A DNA stretch of 63,004 bases, counting the filler, from Octopus bimaculoides (taxonomy: Eukaryota): NCBI RefSeq assembly GCF_001194135.2. It is 6 parts of 5 records of this genome, joined end to end, with 100 filler letters (N's around TTAATTAATTAA, not from the genome) between each part and the next. Parts side by side here need not be neighbours in the genome. Positions count along the whole stretch, not along the records: positions 1 to 29,450 come from NC_068984.1; 5 more parts are not named here. One strand, given 5' to 3'. Made by a program: the position numbers and the translations under genes. A model generated the notes under the pieces. The model worked only from the letters and a program-made list of their open reading frames with translations, was not told the DNA's origin and did no database searches. Each line of letters starts with the position of its first letter. The stretch's first letter is position 1. Positions 1-12,897 of this stretch are shown here, in pieces.

Positions 1-270
1 ACACACACACACACACACTCAGACATGCACACACAAGGAGACAGAGGTACATACATACATATACACACATGCACACACATACATAAAAAACACACAAACA
101 CAGGAATATGCAGAATACATACATACATACATACATGCAAACGCACACACATACATACATATATGCATACACACATACATACATATATAAATATGCACAC
201 ACACACAGACAAACATACACACACATGCACACATGCATGCATGCATACATACACACTGAGATACACACAT
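1..270. repeat. Compound (CA)n/(CATA)n microsatellite
   Basis: Directly visible; explains the His/Thr/Cys/Val-rich ORFs at 19-371. Confidence 0.95.
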
Positions 271-842
271 GCGCAAAAACAAACAAAAGCAACAAAGAAC
301 GCAGCGTAAATAACGGACAGTCAAGACTATTGATAAGGTTGCAAGAAGCAATGAAAATTTTAGGAAAATAAAAAGAAAAATAAGTGGAAATTTTACTGGT
401 GAGTGTGTTAAATTTTATAGATACTTCTTTCAAAATTCATAATTTTGTTATTCATACATTCACTTGTATAGGCTGAATTTTGTGAAAAGTTTGAGAAAGA
501 AATGTGGCTGTTTCTTGCAATAAATACATCTAAAGCAAGATTTTTCCATGGACACTTAAAATACTACTTTAGGGTCCCCAATTCACTAGTTTTCTTGCAT
601 GGACACCCAAAAGTCTTGCATAGACCCCGGTGGAGAACAATACTATTGCATGCTAAGCAGTTGGTTGAAGATTTTGTTCTTTTTAAAAATTATCCGACCA
701 CGTCTGAAAATGAGTTACTAAATAAAAAAAAAAAAATAATAATAATAAACAGCCCACAAATATCCTACTAAATTTAACGCTGGCTATTTTGTAACAAAAA
801 TATATACAAAGAGCAAATTTTGAAAAGCCAGAACAGCAACCA

Positions 843-1100
843 TTAGAATTGCTAAATGTATTCAATGATTACAAACTATGTGTGACTTTCCAAAATGTTT
901 GTGCTAGCTTCAGAATATTGTTAACAACTCCATTTGCAGAAAGGATCTTTTAGAAAACTCAGCTCTATTGCAATATGCTTAAAGTTTACAATGCTTCAAA
1001 CCCACTTGTTAATTTAGCAAACTGAGTATTGAATTAAGCATTGCTAAAGATATTGATTTTCATAGTGCTATTAGAAATTTTTGCAGATAAAAAAAATCAA
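843..1100 (+). mobile_element. hAT transposase C-terminal dimerisation-domain remnant (ZMYM1-like type)
   Basis: Manual translation LELLNVFNDYKLCVTFQNVCASFRILLTTP-FAER...RKL, then AKDIDFHSAIRNFADKK; matches the hAT pattern FPN...ILLT.P....ERSFSKL...IDF....F. Frameshifted and with stops. Confidence 0.75.
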
Positions 1101-1454
1101 GTGTTCATTTCATTAACAGATTACACTTATCATTGTTTTGTACAACGTATATTGTTATCTGGTAAAACTGCTGCACAGGGATCAAATTATTTAGGAAATT
1201 TTACCAGTGGTCATACTCAGATATTTAGAGATTAGCCATTCTGATCAATTAGGCTTTCATAATGCTACGCCAAAAGCTGTCTTTGTTCATATTTTATCAT
1301 AACCATATATTCATAGAAAGAGGAAAGAACTATAACTTTAAAAATTCATGTTATGGTATTATCTCTACTGAAAAGACTTAATTGAGAATATGGAATCCAT
1401 TTGGACCTGAAATTCTTAATTTCGAGAGGAGCTCCATGAAAAATTCCTTTCAGT

Positions 1455-1565
1455 ATCTCTCTCTCTCTCCTCTCTCTCCTCTCACTCCTCTCTCTCCTCA
1501 CTCTCTCCTCTCTCTTTATCTCTCACTCTCTCTCCCTCACTCACTCTCTCTCTCCCTCACTCACT
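1455..1565. repeat. (CT)n-rich degenerate microsatellite
   Basis: Directly visible. Confidence 0.9.
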
Positions 1566-1599
1566 CTTTGTGCGCGTGTAGTAAATTCACTCAATCTTT

Positions 1600-1808
1600 T
1601 CGTACTTTACTTATTTCAGTCATTGGACTGCGGTCATGCTAAAGCACAGCTGTGGAAAGATTAGTCGATCAAACTGACCCAGTACTTATTTTATCGGACA
1701 CTTTGACAAAGTGCTAATTTACGGGAATGGTAGTAAAGCGACGCCAGTCGTTAAACACTTGGAAAAAGTATTAAGACGCATATATACGCTGACACATACA
1801 TACATTCA

Positions 1809-1839
<31 letters not shown>

Positions 1840-1960
1840 CAAACTTTCGCACAGTTATCATTTACTAAATTCACTCACATGATACCATAGAAAAATTTTG
1901 CTCAAGGTGCGGCGTAATAGAACTGAACTAGAAACCATTTGATTACGAAACGAATTTCTT
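1600..1960 (-). mobile_element. tRNA-derived SINE family A, decayed copy with internal (TG)n
   Basis: Colinear similarity to the well-preserved copy at 51681-52053 (ttacttatttcagtcattggactgcggtcatgct ... caaggtgcggcgtaatagaactgaac). Confidence 0.7.
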
Positions 1961-2022
1961 GACTATGGAGCTATGTCTTCGCAGATCTCTCTCACGCGCA
2001 CGCGCACGCTCACACACACATA

Positions 2023-2075
<53 letters not shown>

Positions 2076-2164
2076 TTTGTCACTGTACAGAAAGTAATGG
2101 TAAAGCAAACTTCCTCTTTACTAACTCTTCATTTTCTTCTTCAACGCAGTCAAATAATGAGTTA

Positions 2165-2870
2165 CAAGTAGAAGCAACGTTTTGTCATTGAGTTCTTGAC
2201 AAAGGAAGGGTGCAAGCTGTCCGACACCCTCAGAAGTTTACCCCTGATTTACGAAGAAGAACAATGTGCGCAGATGGATGGTGAACTTCTAATGTAAGAG
2301 AAACAAGCATTGAAGACGGAGACCATCAACTCTGCTCACTGACATGAATCATCTCTGACAAGACAAACTGATACGTGCAGACAGGTTAATCAACTCATGA
2401 GCTTACAGCTCAACTAAATTGTAGCCATAAACAGAAGATGGTAGAAAACTCTATGCATTGGAAAGTATGTGCAAAGTTAGTATTTCGAGGCTGATACTAG
2501 GTTAAAAGGACAGAAGGGTGGAAAACTATCTGCGTTGGTGGAAGCGTTTGAGGGCAATAAAAATACCTTTTCTTGATCTGGTTACAGAGAGTAAAGTACA
2601 GACGTATCATAATGATTCAGACACGAAGACACAGTCAATGGAATTGCGTCACACTTCTTCTTTAAGGCCAATAAAGTTCTACAGCCAGTGATTGGCACAG
2701 AAAATCGTCATGGTCACAGTATTTGAGGATTTTTCTAGAGCATAGCTGTATAGTAAGCAGCGACACATCGAGGCATTAAAAACCATTGAAACGCCCAAAA
2801 AGCTATTAAGAGGAAGAGAATGAACATGAATCTGGTAGTGATCCAAATTCACCATGATAATGCGTAAATA
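2165..2870 (+). mobile_element. mariner transposase remnant (irritans/Hsmar2-like)
   Basis: RFVIEFLTKEG, then LVTESKVQTYHNDSDTKTQSMELRHTSSLRPIKF (consensus IVTGDETWVHHYDPETKRQSMEWRHTSSPRPKKF), then HHDNA; heavily disrupted. Confidence 0.75.
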
Positions 2871-3460
2871 CACACATTCTTTGGCAGGAAATTAAGCAAT
2901 CAGCAAATTGAGTTGGTCAGTGGTCCCACATTCAACGAACAGCTCGGATCTAGCACTCACTTTTGCATTTATTTCGGTACAAAATTAGTTCATATGTGTT
3001 TGCCAGTGCGTATGTGTATGGGGGTGTGGGGGATCTGGGACGTCTATGGTCTGTCTTTCTTTTATTTATTTATTCAATACTGTAACGTTTAAGCACGACT
3101 GGCGTTCTGTAAATGACCTAAGCTACCTTCTGTAAATATGATTGTATTTCATCAATTGATCGATCAATTAATTAATGAATGAATTAATTATATATATACA
3201 TACATAAATTAATATTTTTATCTTAGTGAAATTATCCTTACGCATGCAACAAATCAAATACTTTTTGTTTTGTTTTCGATTTTTATGTGTTCCGCTGAAC
3301 GGTTTTCAATTTCATCGTTCAGAATCTATTTGACAGTTGGAGACATGAAACTCAAAGCAACACAGTTTGTACTAAATAAATCTCTCATACTGTTGTTTCA
3401 GTTGGATTACTCTCTTTTTCCCCCATTTTCTTTCTACACTGAAGTCATTGTATTCAATTG

Positions 3461-3509
<49 letters not shown>

Positions 3510-3649
3510 TCATAGCGTCAAAAATGACCAGTTTTATTTATTGTAGAGAAGGATTTTCAATAGGATACCCAAACAATATTTCTGCTGTGCTGTTTACTGC
3601 AAATATGTACTCATACTTAAATGCATGAATGTATATGCTAATTATTATA

Positions 3650-4916
3650 TCAGGTCATCCCATAAGTTCTGTCCGATTTTACCGTTTTTAAAATTGAATG
3701 AAATCTAATAGTATTTTAGAATGTCTAATAGAATTAAAAATTATTTTTATGCATTTGTGTACATTTAAACTAATTAAATATTGTTTTACAGAATAATAGA
3801 ATTAAAACTTCTTTGATTAAAACCCTTTTAAACATGGAAGTATCCAAAGAGCATTTAAGGCAGATAATGCTTTATGAGTACAAAAAAATGAAACTCTGCA
3901 GTCGAAGTAACTCGAAACATACACTCAGTTTATGGGAAAGAATGCTTGAATGAAAGAACTTGCAGAAGATGGTTTGCAAAATTCAGAAGAGATTTCAGCC
4001 TTGAAGATGAAGATCGAACAGGACGTCCAGTTGAGTTTGATGATAAGCTCCTTGAGGCATTACTTGAAGAAAATCCTGCATTATCAGTTGAAGAATTGGC
4101 AATAAAGCTTAGTTCAAACCAAACAACTGTTCATCGTCATCTTCAACAACTTGGAATGGTTCCTAAACTTGGAAAATGGGTGCCTCATGAATTGTCCGAA
4201 AGCAACTGCAAATCCCGAGTTGACATCTGCTCTTCTCTTCATTCACACGAACTCATTTCACTCCTTTTGGATATACTTGTGACTGGTGACGAAAAATGGA
4301 TCTTCTATTGAAATGTTAAACGTCGTAAACGGTGGCTTGGTAAAAGGGACAAAGCTCAACCCCAACCGAGAAGGGAAATACATGGAAAAAAGTTTCTTCT
4401 CTCTATCTGTTGGAATTGCAAAGGAATAATTCACTTTGAATTGTTACCACCTAATGCAACAATCAATGCTCAAGTCTACTGTCAGCAATTAGAGCGTTTG
4501 AACCAAGCTTTGAAGAAAAAAAGACCCGCTTTAGTAAATCGAAAGGGAGTGACGTTTCATCAGGACAATGCGCGACTCAACAATGCAAAGATCACATCAC
4601 AGAAGATCGAAGAGTTTGGTTGGGAAAAAATTCCTCATCCACCTTATTCTCCCGACCTTGCTCCTTCAGATTACCATTTGTTCGTAGTTTACAGGATCAT
4701 TTAGGGGACATAACTTTCGCAAACCAAGAGGAGGTCGAAACTGACATTTCAGAGTTCTTCGCTTTAAAACCTAAAGAGTTTTACATTGATGGGATTAAGA
4801 AGCTTGCAAATAGATGGAAGGAGGTCATAGATAATCAGGGAAAGTAGATTGATGATTAAATTTCAATTAAATATAACATTTGATCACTTGTTTTCTTTAT
4901 TCAAAATTCGGACAGA
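3650..4916 (+). mobile_element. Near full-length mariner (DD34D, Hsmar1/cecropia-like) with pseudogenised transposase at 3834-4859
   Basis: Left TIR TA|TCAGGTCATCCCATAAGTTCTGTCCGATTT; partial right TIR AAATTCGGACAGA. Motifs WVPHEL, VTGDEKW, HQDNA and YSPDLAPSD with 34-residue D-D spacing; frameshifts near 3890 and 4683, stop at 4309. Confidence 0.95.
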
Positions 4917-4949
4917 TGTATGCATATATATGGATATGTATATATTTCT

Positions 4950-5108
4950 GTATCGACCGGGCCATCGGATTTTGCTTTCCACTACTTCCTTGCATTGCTG
5001 TAGCTATCGAACGATGCTCCTAGCTAGCTAGGAGGGTCAGGCAGACCAACATTCCCACTAGAATCTTGCGATCGTGAGGGCAGCGCCTCAACTACTCGGT
5101 CACACGCT
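4950..5108 (-). mobile_element. Rearranged tRNA-derived SINE head fragment
   Basis: Minus strand reads gaccgagtagttgaggcgctgccctcacgatcgcaagatt (A-box-like); B box is missing. Confidence 0.4.
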
Positions 5109-5532
5109 TTCACACACACAGACACAAACACACAAACACGCATGCACGCACGCACGCACATATATTCACACATACACACACATACACACTCACGCGTACA
5201 TATATATCAAAACCTCGCTGTGGATGAAATAAAAATGTATACGTTGTGCATAAAATAGATAATATATTATCAATATCATGTGTACAAATAAGCTTATCCA
5301 CTACACCACTAACCTAATTTACAACTGCTTTATATAATAGTCAAACGCTATCTTCTATTGACTGGGGAAGAAAGCTAGTCTGGCTCTCATGAGAAGCAGC
5401 TGACAAACTGTGTAACGGTCGGACGGATGACTCCCTTTCTTTCTTTCCACACATCAGTTCTTATTTCTTCTTTAACGTAGCTATGTAATATTTAAACGCA
5501 TTTTAGTTCTGATAAACTTAGTATTGTGCATA

Positions 5533-5737
5533 AAAAGCACAAGGCTCGAAATTTTTGGGAGGAGGGGCAGTCGATTAGATCGATCCCCAGTAAGCAACTG
5601 GTACTTAATTTATCAACCTCGAAAGGATGAAAGGCAAAGTCGACCTCGGCGGAATTTGAACTCAGAGCGTAAAGACAGACGAAATACCGCTAGGCATTTC
5701 GCCCGACGTGCTAACGTTTCTGCCAGCTCACCGCTTT
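5533..5737 (-). mobile_element. tRNA-derived SINE family B, well-preserved copy
   Basis: Minus strand has an A-box-like TGGCAGAAACGTTAGC, B box GAGTTCAAATTCC and central GCCTTTCATCCTTTCGAGGTTGATAAATTAAGTACC; several paralogues in the window. Confidence 0.9.
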
Positions 5738-6459
5738 GCATAAAAGAAATATTGTTTGATTAATGACGGGAGTTCAAAAGCACAAATATGCAAATCAAGT
5801 TACCTCCCATGCTGTTGGCCAAATTTACGTCTGCGTTATATACAGATAAAATGATGTGTCACTGATTAGTCAAAACAATTTGGTTCACCTCTGAGGAGCT
5901 TTGTTAGGAGACTATTCCCTTGAATCATTTACACACATTAATAGCATAGGAGGTAAGTGCTTACGTTCTTATTTCGTCCACAGTGAGGCTTTGTAATGTT
6001 CAAATTTGTTTCACTTCTGATTTACGTGGGATTGTGCATTACACACACGCGCGCGCGCATTCATGCATATAAATGCTTGTATATTAAATGAATACAATGC
6101 GTTTTGACTTCAGTAATCTTTTCTTTTGAAAATATCCCGTGTACTGTATGTATTGGCGGCGGTGGTGGGTTATGTGTGCGCGTAAGTACGAAAACAAAAA
6201 TGAAGCAATCGTTAAAAACGTTTGAATTCTTATATACAATTCCTTCAAGTAAAACGAGAAACTGAAGAAAAAATGTGAAATTAAGAGAATTCTCTCAATA
6301 CTATTTTTCGTTTCTGAAAAAATTTATAGAAAGATCTAAAATTATAAATTAACGCTGATCTTTATTTTTTCAAAATTCGTGTGAGTTTGAAAAATTATAT
6401 CAGTATCAGCTCTGATATTTCAAAAGCATAATAAATAAATAAATAAATAAATAAATATA

Positions 6460-6490
<31 letters not shown>

Positions 6491-7361
6491 ATAGAAAACA
6501 TGAGAGGCTTCGTGATATTTCGGCTCCCTCCGTCACTCTTCGGTTTTAGTTCGTCGCTTTGTATACAACAGGCGAATTGTTTTACGACTGTCTTTTTTCT
6601 CCTCGCTCGTGATGGCAAAGTAGTATTTGTTGTTTGTGACAGAACACATTGCATCTATCAGTAGGAAATATATGTGTGTGTGTACGGGCGTATGTAGGTG
6701 TGCACGTTCATATGTAGATGCGCATGTAGGTTTATGTTACGTGTTTCGGTGTTTGTGCGTATGTATGTGTGTGTGTCAGAGAGAGTGAGTGTGTGTGTAT
6801 GTGCGTGTGTGTGCGTGTCTGTCAACGCGCGCGTGCATGCTCGTGCATGTGTGTATAGGTTAACATGCAGTTTACCATTGTAAAATAGTGACAGTAAATT
6901 GTCCTTAAGAAAGTACATTGCGATAGAAAACGGAAGTGTCGGCAGTGACTTATCAAACTTTCATAAAATACATTTGATATCCGATGAAGCGACTTCCTAT
7001 ACTTCTATACACTATACTTACGAAGTTGTCAACTATTCATTCGAGTTTGTTGATCCAAACGGTGATAGCATCCATACACAGACATTAGAAGGGCGATGGA
7101 TGCTCGCCGAGAAGAAACTTGGGTGACAATGTAGAACTAGTGATGATTTCTATAAATAAATAAATAAATAAATCAAATAAATAAATAAATAAAACAAAGA
7201 CTTATTCATATTTCGGCACCATCCGTCACTTTTCAGCTTTACTTCATCGCTCTCACAAGCAAGTGTAGCGAAACAAATTTAGAGATTGTGAAAAACTATT
7301 CACATATCAGATTTCGTGCATCAATGACTGTTATGTTTACCTGTAAATGTGATTATTTATG

Positions 7362-7434
<73 letters not shown>

Positions 7435-7861
7435 CGATTTACATGTTATAACAATTATAAGTACATTTATATATTGGATACATTGGTCAGATATTGTCAG
7501 ATATTTTGTTTACTCGTTTTCCAGTTTATATTGCAATATACACTTATTTTATGAGGTTAATTTACTTCCACTATTTTGCGACGGTAAACAGTGCGCGGAT
7601 GAGAAGGAAACTTATTGCCACACAGCTACTATTTAATATACACAGGATTTAAATGCAAGCTATCGTAAGTTTCAGGCTTCTGATAGCACAATAGTCAGAC
7701 ATGCTTGTATAGCATGCCGTGCATTATCAGTCAATCAATCTTTCAGGCTCAAAATACATCACGCTATTCACAGACTAACAAGCTCGTCCGACTATTCTGC
7801 TAAGAAGCATGAAACTGATAGTGATTTGCATTTAAATCCCGAGTATTTTGGTTTCAAATTT

Positions 7862-8065
7862 TGGCACAAGGACAGCACTTTCGGTGGGGGAGAGGGGGTA
7901 AATCGATTACATTGACCCCAGTGCTCAACTGTCATATATTTTGTCCACCCCGGAAGAATGAGCGGCAAAGCCAATTTCGACGGAATTTGAACACAGAACG
8001 TAAAGGTGGACGAAATACCGCCATGCATTTTGCCAGGCGTGCTAACGATTCTGCCAGTTCACCTT
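7862..8065 (-). mobile_element. SINE family B copy
   Basis: Colinear with 5533-5737. Confidence 0.85.
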
Positions 8066-8689
8066 AAATCCACTGTATATTATATAATGTTTATTTCTTG
8101 CTTGCTGTAGTACTTTTTAGTTGATCTGATCTAACGCAACAGCACACTATATAACACACACACACACATTTATATGCATACGAGTACATTCATACGCATT
8201 TGTGTATATAACATTTTAACTATTTTACACATTCATACGAAATATAATATGTGCCTAATAATTAGCTCATTTATTAAAGGCAAACATAGAAGCCATGTAA
8301 CATACGCGCACACTTCACTCTGTGGTAACTGATATAACACTGTACGAAAAGGCATTAATCATTCTGCCCTATAATATGACATTTAATGTAATTCGAAGGG
8401 TCGCTCAACGCACGTGGGCTTAATATGGCTACATCTCATTACAAAGTAGCATCAAACATACATGCGAGCATACACATAAACGCGCGCGCACGTACACACA
8501 CACACACACACACGCACGCACACACGCACACACGCACACACGCGCACACACACACGCACACACACGCACAATTAAAAGGCTCAGCGAAATTGCTCCGTCC
8601 AACACCAAATAATAGCTATTAATTGAATGATACAGTAAATTTCATACATGAAATAAGGATTTTTATTATGAATCTTTTATACTTAATGA

Positions 8690-8795
8690 TTAAAATGTTC
8701 TTATATAGGCGCAATATATAGGTCCAGAGGAAGTAGAAGCTTTAGTGACAGAGCTCTTCGCCTCGAAGAATAACAACTGGCTTCAACGTGCGATC
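8690..8795 (+). mobile_element. mariner transposase C-terminal fragment, truncated by gap
   Basis: PEEVEALVTELFASKNNNWLQRAI resembles the mariner C-terminus EEV...EFFASK...W..RGI. Confidence 0.45.
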
Positions 8796-9037
8796 NNNNN
8801 NNNNNNNNNNNNNNNNNNNNNNNNNNNNNNNNNNNNNNNNNNNNNNNNNNNNNNNNNNNNNNNNNNNNNNNNNNNNNNNNNNNNNNNNNNNNNNNNNNNN
8901 NNNNNNNNNNNNNNNNNNNNNNNNNNNNNNNNNNNNNNNNNNNNNNNNNNNNNNNNNNNNNNNNNNNNNNNNNNNNNNNNNNNNNNNNNNNNNNNNNNNN
9001 NNNNNNNNNNNNNNNNNNNNNNNNNNNNNNNNNNNNN

Positions 9038-9070
<33 letters not shown>

Positions 9071-9102
9071 CGTGCGTGCGTGTGTGTGTGTGTATATGCA
9101 TT

Positions 9103-9760
9103 TTCGAGGGGGTACCCAAAAGAAACTGGAATTTTGCAATATGATTTTATTCACTTAGTTTTACATGTTTACACTTTTATCGCCTTCAAAGTATTATCCA
9201 TTTGAAGCAATGTTCGAAACAATTCTGGAACCCTTGCTAAAGGATGCCTTATACAGCCTCCGTCGGTTTTTTTCTTCTCCTCTTCCACATCTTCAAAACG
9301 TTTTCCTTTAAGGACATTTTGCATTCGGAGTAACAAAAAAAAAATGTCGCTGGGAGCAAGATCAACTTCCAACTATTCTTTTAGTTCACAGCACGCATTC
9401 AGTCGTGACTGCTTTTGATCTTCCGTGAACAAGCGAAGCACACATTTTGCTGCTACTCTCTGCCATCGGAATTCCTCGCTCAAAATTCGTTGGCAGAAGC
9501 TCCAGGACACACCAGTCATCATCAACAATTTCGTCAATTGTTCGGCGAAGGTCCTCCAAGATCAGAACATAAATTTTCGTGATGTTTTCATTCGTTCGTG
9601 GGGTCGATGGTCGCCCTGAATTAGGCATCAAGTGACCATTCCTAAAGCGGGAAAACCATTCGTAAACTTGTGATCTGCTCATAGCAGCGCCCTTGTAAAC
9701 TATTTGACCAAATATTCTCATAATATACTCATATAAATACTGTTCATGAATATAGTGTTC
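9103..9760 (-). mobile_element. Internally deleted mariner (irritans-like)
   Basis: N-terminal YKGAAMSRSQVYEWFSRFRNG...SGRPST is joined near 9375 directly to DLAPSD...LKGKRFEDVEE, so the catalytic middle is deleted. TIR-like CGAGGGGGTACCCAAAAGAAACTGGAA at 9104. Confidence 0.85.
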
Positions 9761-11359
9761 ATATTTTACCTATCACAATTAAATTTGAGTGTTGTTTATA
9801 CAACGTACTGTAAAATCTTCGGGGAGGATTCATACGAGTAATTTTTGGGGGGCGGGGTGCTTTATTGTGACACCTTCTAAACAAACAATTTTAAAATGTG
9901 TTTGATTTGCCAAAGTGCTTTCCAGTGGATCTATGAAACCTTGAAGATGAGAAGAGAATTAGCTTGAAAAAAAATATCATGATGGCAAGACAAATAGAGA
10001 TTTGTCCTATTTTATAAACTGTTAGAGATCAATTTTGCCACGAATATTTTTCATCTATATCGATGCAACAAAACTTACAAGTTATGCGCCTCTGACAAAA
10101 CTTCATTCTTTCCTTTGTTTTTCTTCTTTTATGTGTCATGCCAATAGGATTCTACAATCATGGACCTTCGCGTCTCCTTCACACAAGTTAGCACGTTAGG
10201 GGGCTGGTTTTCTGCAGCCAGCTGGGAAAACAATCGTGTATCTCCTTTCGTGTCTTCCCCAACCTTTTCTTCTATTCTGTTTCCTAGCTGTCACTAAGTG
10301 TTCTCTTACGTTAAGAAGCTTTTTGGCGGTCTTTACTCATCTAAGGATTTCGTTACTCAATTTAGGACACATTTAGAATTTGTCCAAGGGACCACATCTT
10401 TGCAGTATTGATGAGCGTTTGTTCTTGTTATGTTTTAGTCTACATGTCTTACTCTAAGTTTGAATCATCGGAGTTTATGTATCACAGGCAAACTTTCATT
10501 ACTGATTGCCAAATACAGAAAGTCACATCTATTGGTAAAGAATTGATCATACCAGCTGTAGCTGTTAGTGAAATTCTAAGTATTGTGTTTTGCACCAGCC
10601 AGTGACTGACATAATCAATAAAATTTCTTTGTGCCATAAATCAGTACAACGGCAAATTGACAAAATGGAGAAAGATATGGAAGACACATTATGTAATTTT
10701 TTTAGGACTACCCAATTTTCTTTACAAGTGGATGAATCAAGAATACTAGTGAATGAAGCTTTACTGTTAGCTTACGTTCTGTTTACAAAAGAAAAGAAAA
10801 TACCTCAAGAGTTATTATTTACCAGGGATTTGTTTGCAAATACAAAAGGAGAATCGATATTTCTTGTTGAGGAGAGTTTTTTTTAAGAAATGGAAACTGG
10901 TCTTGCAAATATAATAATAGCTCTTAATGGTGGAGCTCCGTTTATGGTGACTTGTCATTGTGGATTCATTGCACACTTAAAAGCATCAGTTGACAGTGCT
11001 TTGCATGATTTAACGGTAACATGTTGTTGCAAAAAAGCATTAAAAAGCTGCCCTAGTGATTGCTTGCATCGTTCATTGTAATATTTCATTACAGTAATTA
11101 ATAAAAATCAGAAACATTTCTTCCAAGGAGGGATTATTCGGACAATAGTTTGTTATTCCACGCTGGAGGTCGTTGGCTGTTGAAGAAAGTTTGGCCGAGT
11201 CGACTTCATTTTAGGTAATTTTGGAATTCTTTGAAGACAAAAGTAAGACAGCATGAAGTAGTACAGAGAAAACTTTTGTGTCAGATCCATATTTCAAGTC
11301 TTATCAAGTAAAATTACAATCGCAAGATGAACTGGATTTGATTAAAAACTCATGATGAT

Positions 11360-11384
11360 CACTGTTGTTGTTGTTGTTATTGTT

Positions 11385-11456
<72 letters not shown>

Positions 11457-11470
11457 CTTATTGTTTTTGC
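11360..11470. repeat. (GTT)n microsatellite
   Basis: Directly visible. Confidence 0.95.
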
Positions 11471-11580
11471 TGCTGCTTCTGCTACTATTACAAGCCTTTT
11501 CAAGTTTGAATGCAGCATAGGACGACGAAAATTTTATCATTTTCAATGTATTTTATCATTCAACAAAAAGACAGAAATAC

Positions 11581-11589
11581 ATGATGATG

Positions 11590-11650
<61 letters not shown>

Positions 11651-11670
11651 TGATAATGATGATGATGTCA
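11581..11670. repeat. (GAT)n/(GAC)n microsatellite
   Basis: Directly visible. Confidence 0.95.
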
Positions 11671-12811
11671 TTCATCACTTGTAAGCGTAACACAGATTTC
11701 TCCGAACGATGTAAATAAGGTATCATTAGAAAGATTCAACATTCGCCCTGAAACTTATTTTTCAAGCGTTGACGGAACAGAAATGCAATCACATGTTGTC
11801 TATCAATCATACAATATTCTATCAATATTCTTGGCATCGATTTCTCTAAGTGTTTCATTTGGAGGTAGCTTACCAAATCAATTGAGTAAAAAAAGAAACA
11901 TCAAACTTTTAAACTTCAAATTTAAAATGCGTGCTATCATTTCTGGTTGCAGCACCGGTTTATTGGGCCACTGTGAAAGTTTCTAATTGTGTTCCCATCG
12001 TCATATTCTTTGAACAAGGATTTCGTGCCGTTACGGACCATTTAACAAAAAGAAAAAGGAACCGATTACAAATGGTTATAGAAGGCGATTTAAGGATGTT
12101 ATTAAGAAAGACTGTGAAAATTTCTATTATAACGCGACAACTGAACGTGTTTTCTGACTGAACGTTCAAACATTCTAGAATGTTCAATATTTTGCTATAT
12201 ATAAGATTCGAAGTTCCACATTCTGGTTTGTCTAAGAAATGCCTTGGCACGAAATTCTCAGCATTTGAGTCACTACCGTGGCATCACAGTTGGTAAATTA
12301 TATATGTGTATATATACATACATACATACATACATGCACATATACATGCATACATACCTATATATATATATATATATATNNNNNNNNNNNNNNNNNNNNN
12401 NNNNNNNNNNNNNNNNNNNNNNNNNNNNNNNNNNNNNNNNNNNNNNNNNNNNNNNNNNNNNNNNNNNNNNNNNNNNNNNTGTACATATATATGCATATAC
12501 TCATATATTGTTTATATATATATATAATACTGCAGTTTGGGGTCCGGCATGTTAAAGAATATACACTTTCTCACACGTTTCCTCTGCATCTCATAAAAGA
12601 AGTTGTGGTAGAATTTTGCACTCCAACCTCTTAAAACTCGCACCAGTAGTCACTGCCTAATCGGACCTACGGAATGGAGTGTTGTCCCCTGGGTGGTTCT
12701 AGAGTATCATGCGCCAGGAGTGGAGACTCACCAGCAAATAGGGGGTGCAACCACGCACTGTTACAGTGCATTCCCCCATACTATTATAAATATAATCCCA
12801 AATTTGTAATA

Positions 12812-12897
<86 letters not shown>

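Larger units (their letters stand above)
9835..12110 (+). mobile_element. hAT Buster/Charlie-type transposase remnant (ZBED5/SCAND3-like), interrupted by inserts and microsatellites
   Basis: BED-finger start CLIC..VLSSGSMKP (~9900); core QRQIDKMEKDMEDTLCNFFRTTQFSLQVDES...LLLAYV...ELLF...TKGESIF (10620-10890); C-terminal WATVK...FPSS...EQGFRAVTDHLTKRKRNRLQ...GDLRMLL (11960-12110). Confidence 0.85.

Noticed and set aside
5905-5960. Strong donor GAG|GTAAGT with a short upstream open frame (DYSLESFTHINSIG)
   Set aside because: No convincing acceptor and an unrecognised peptide.
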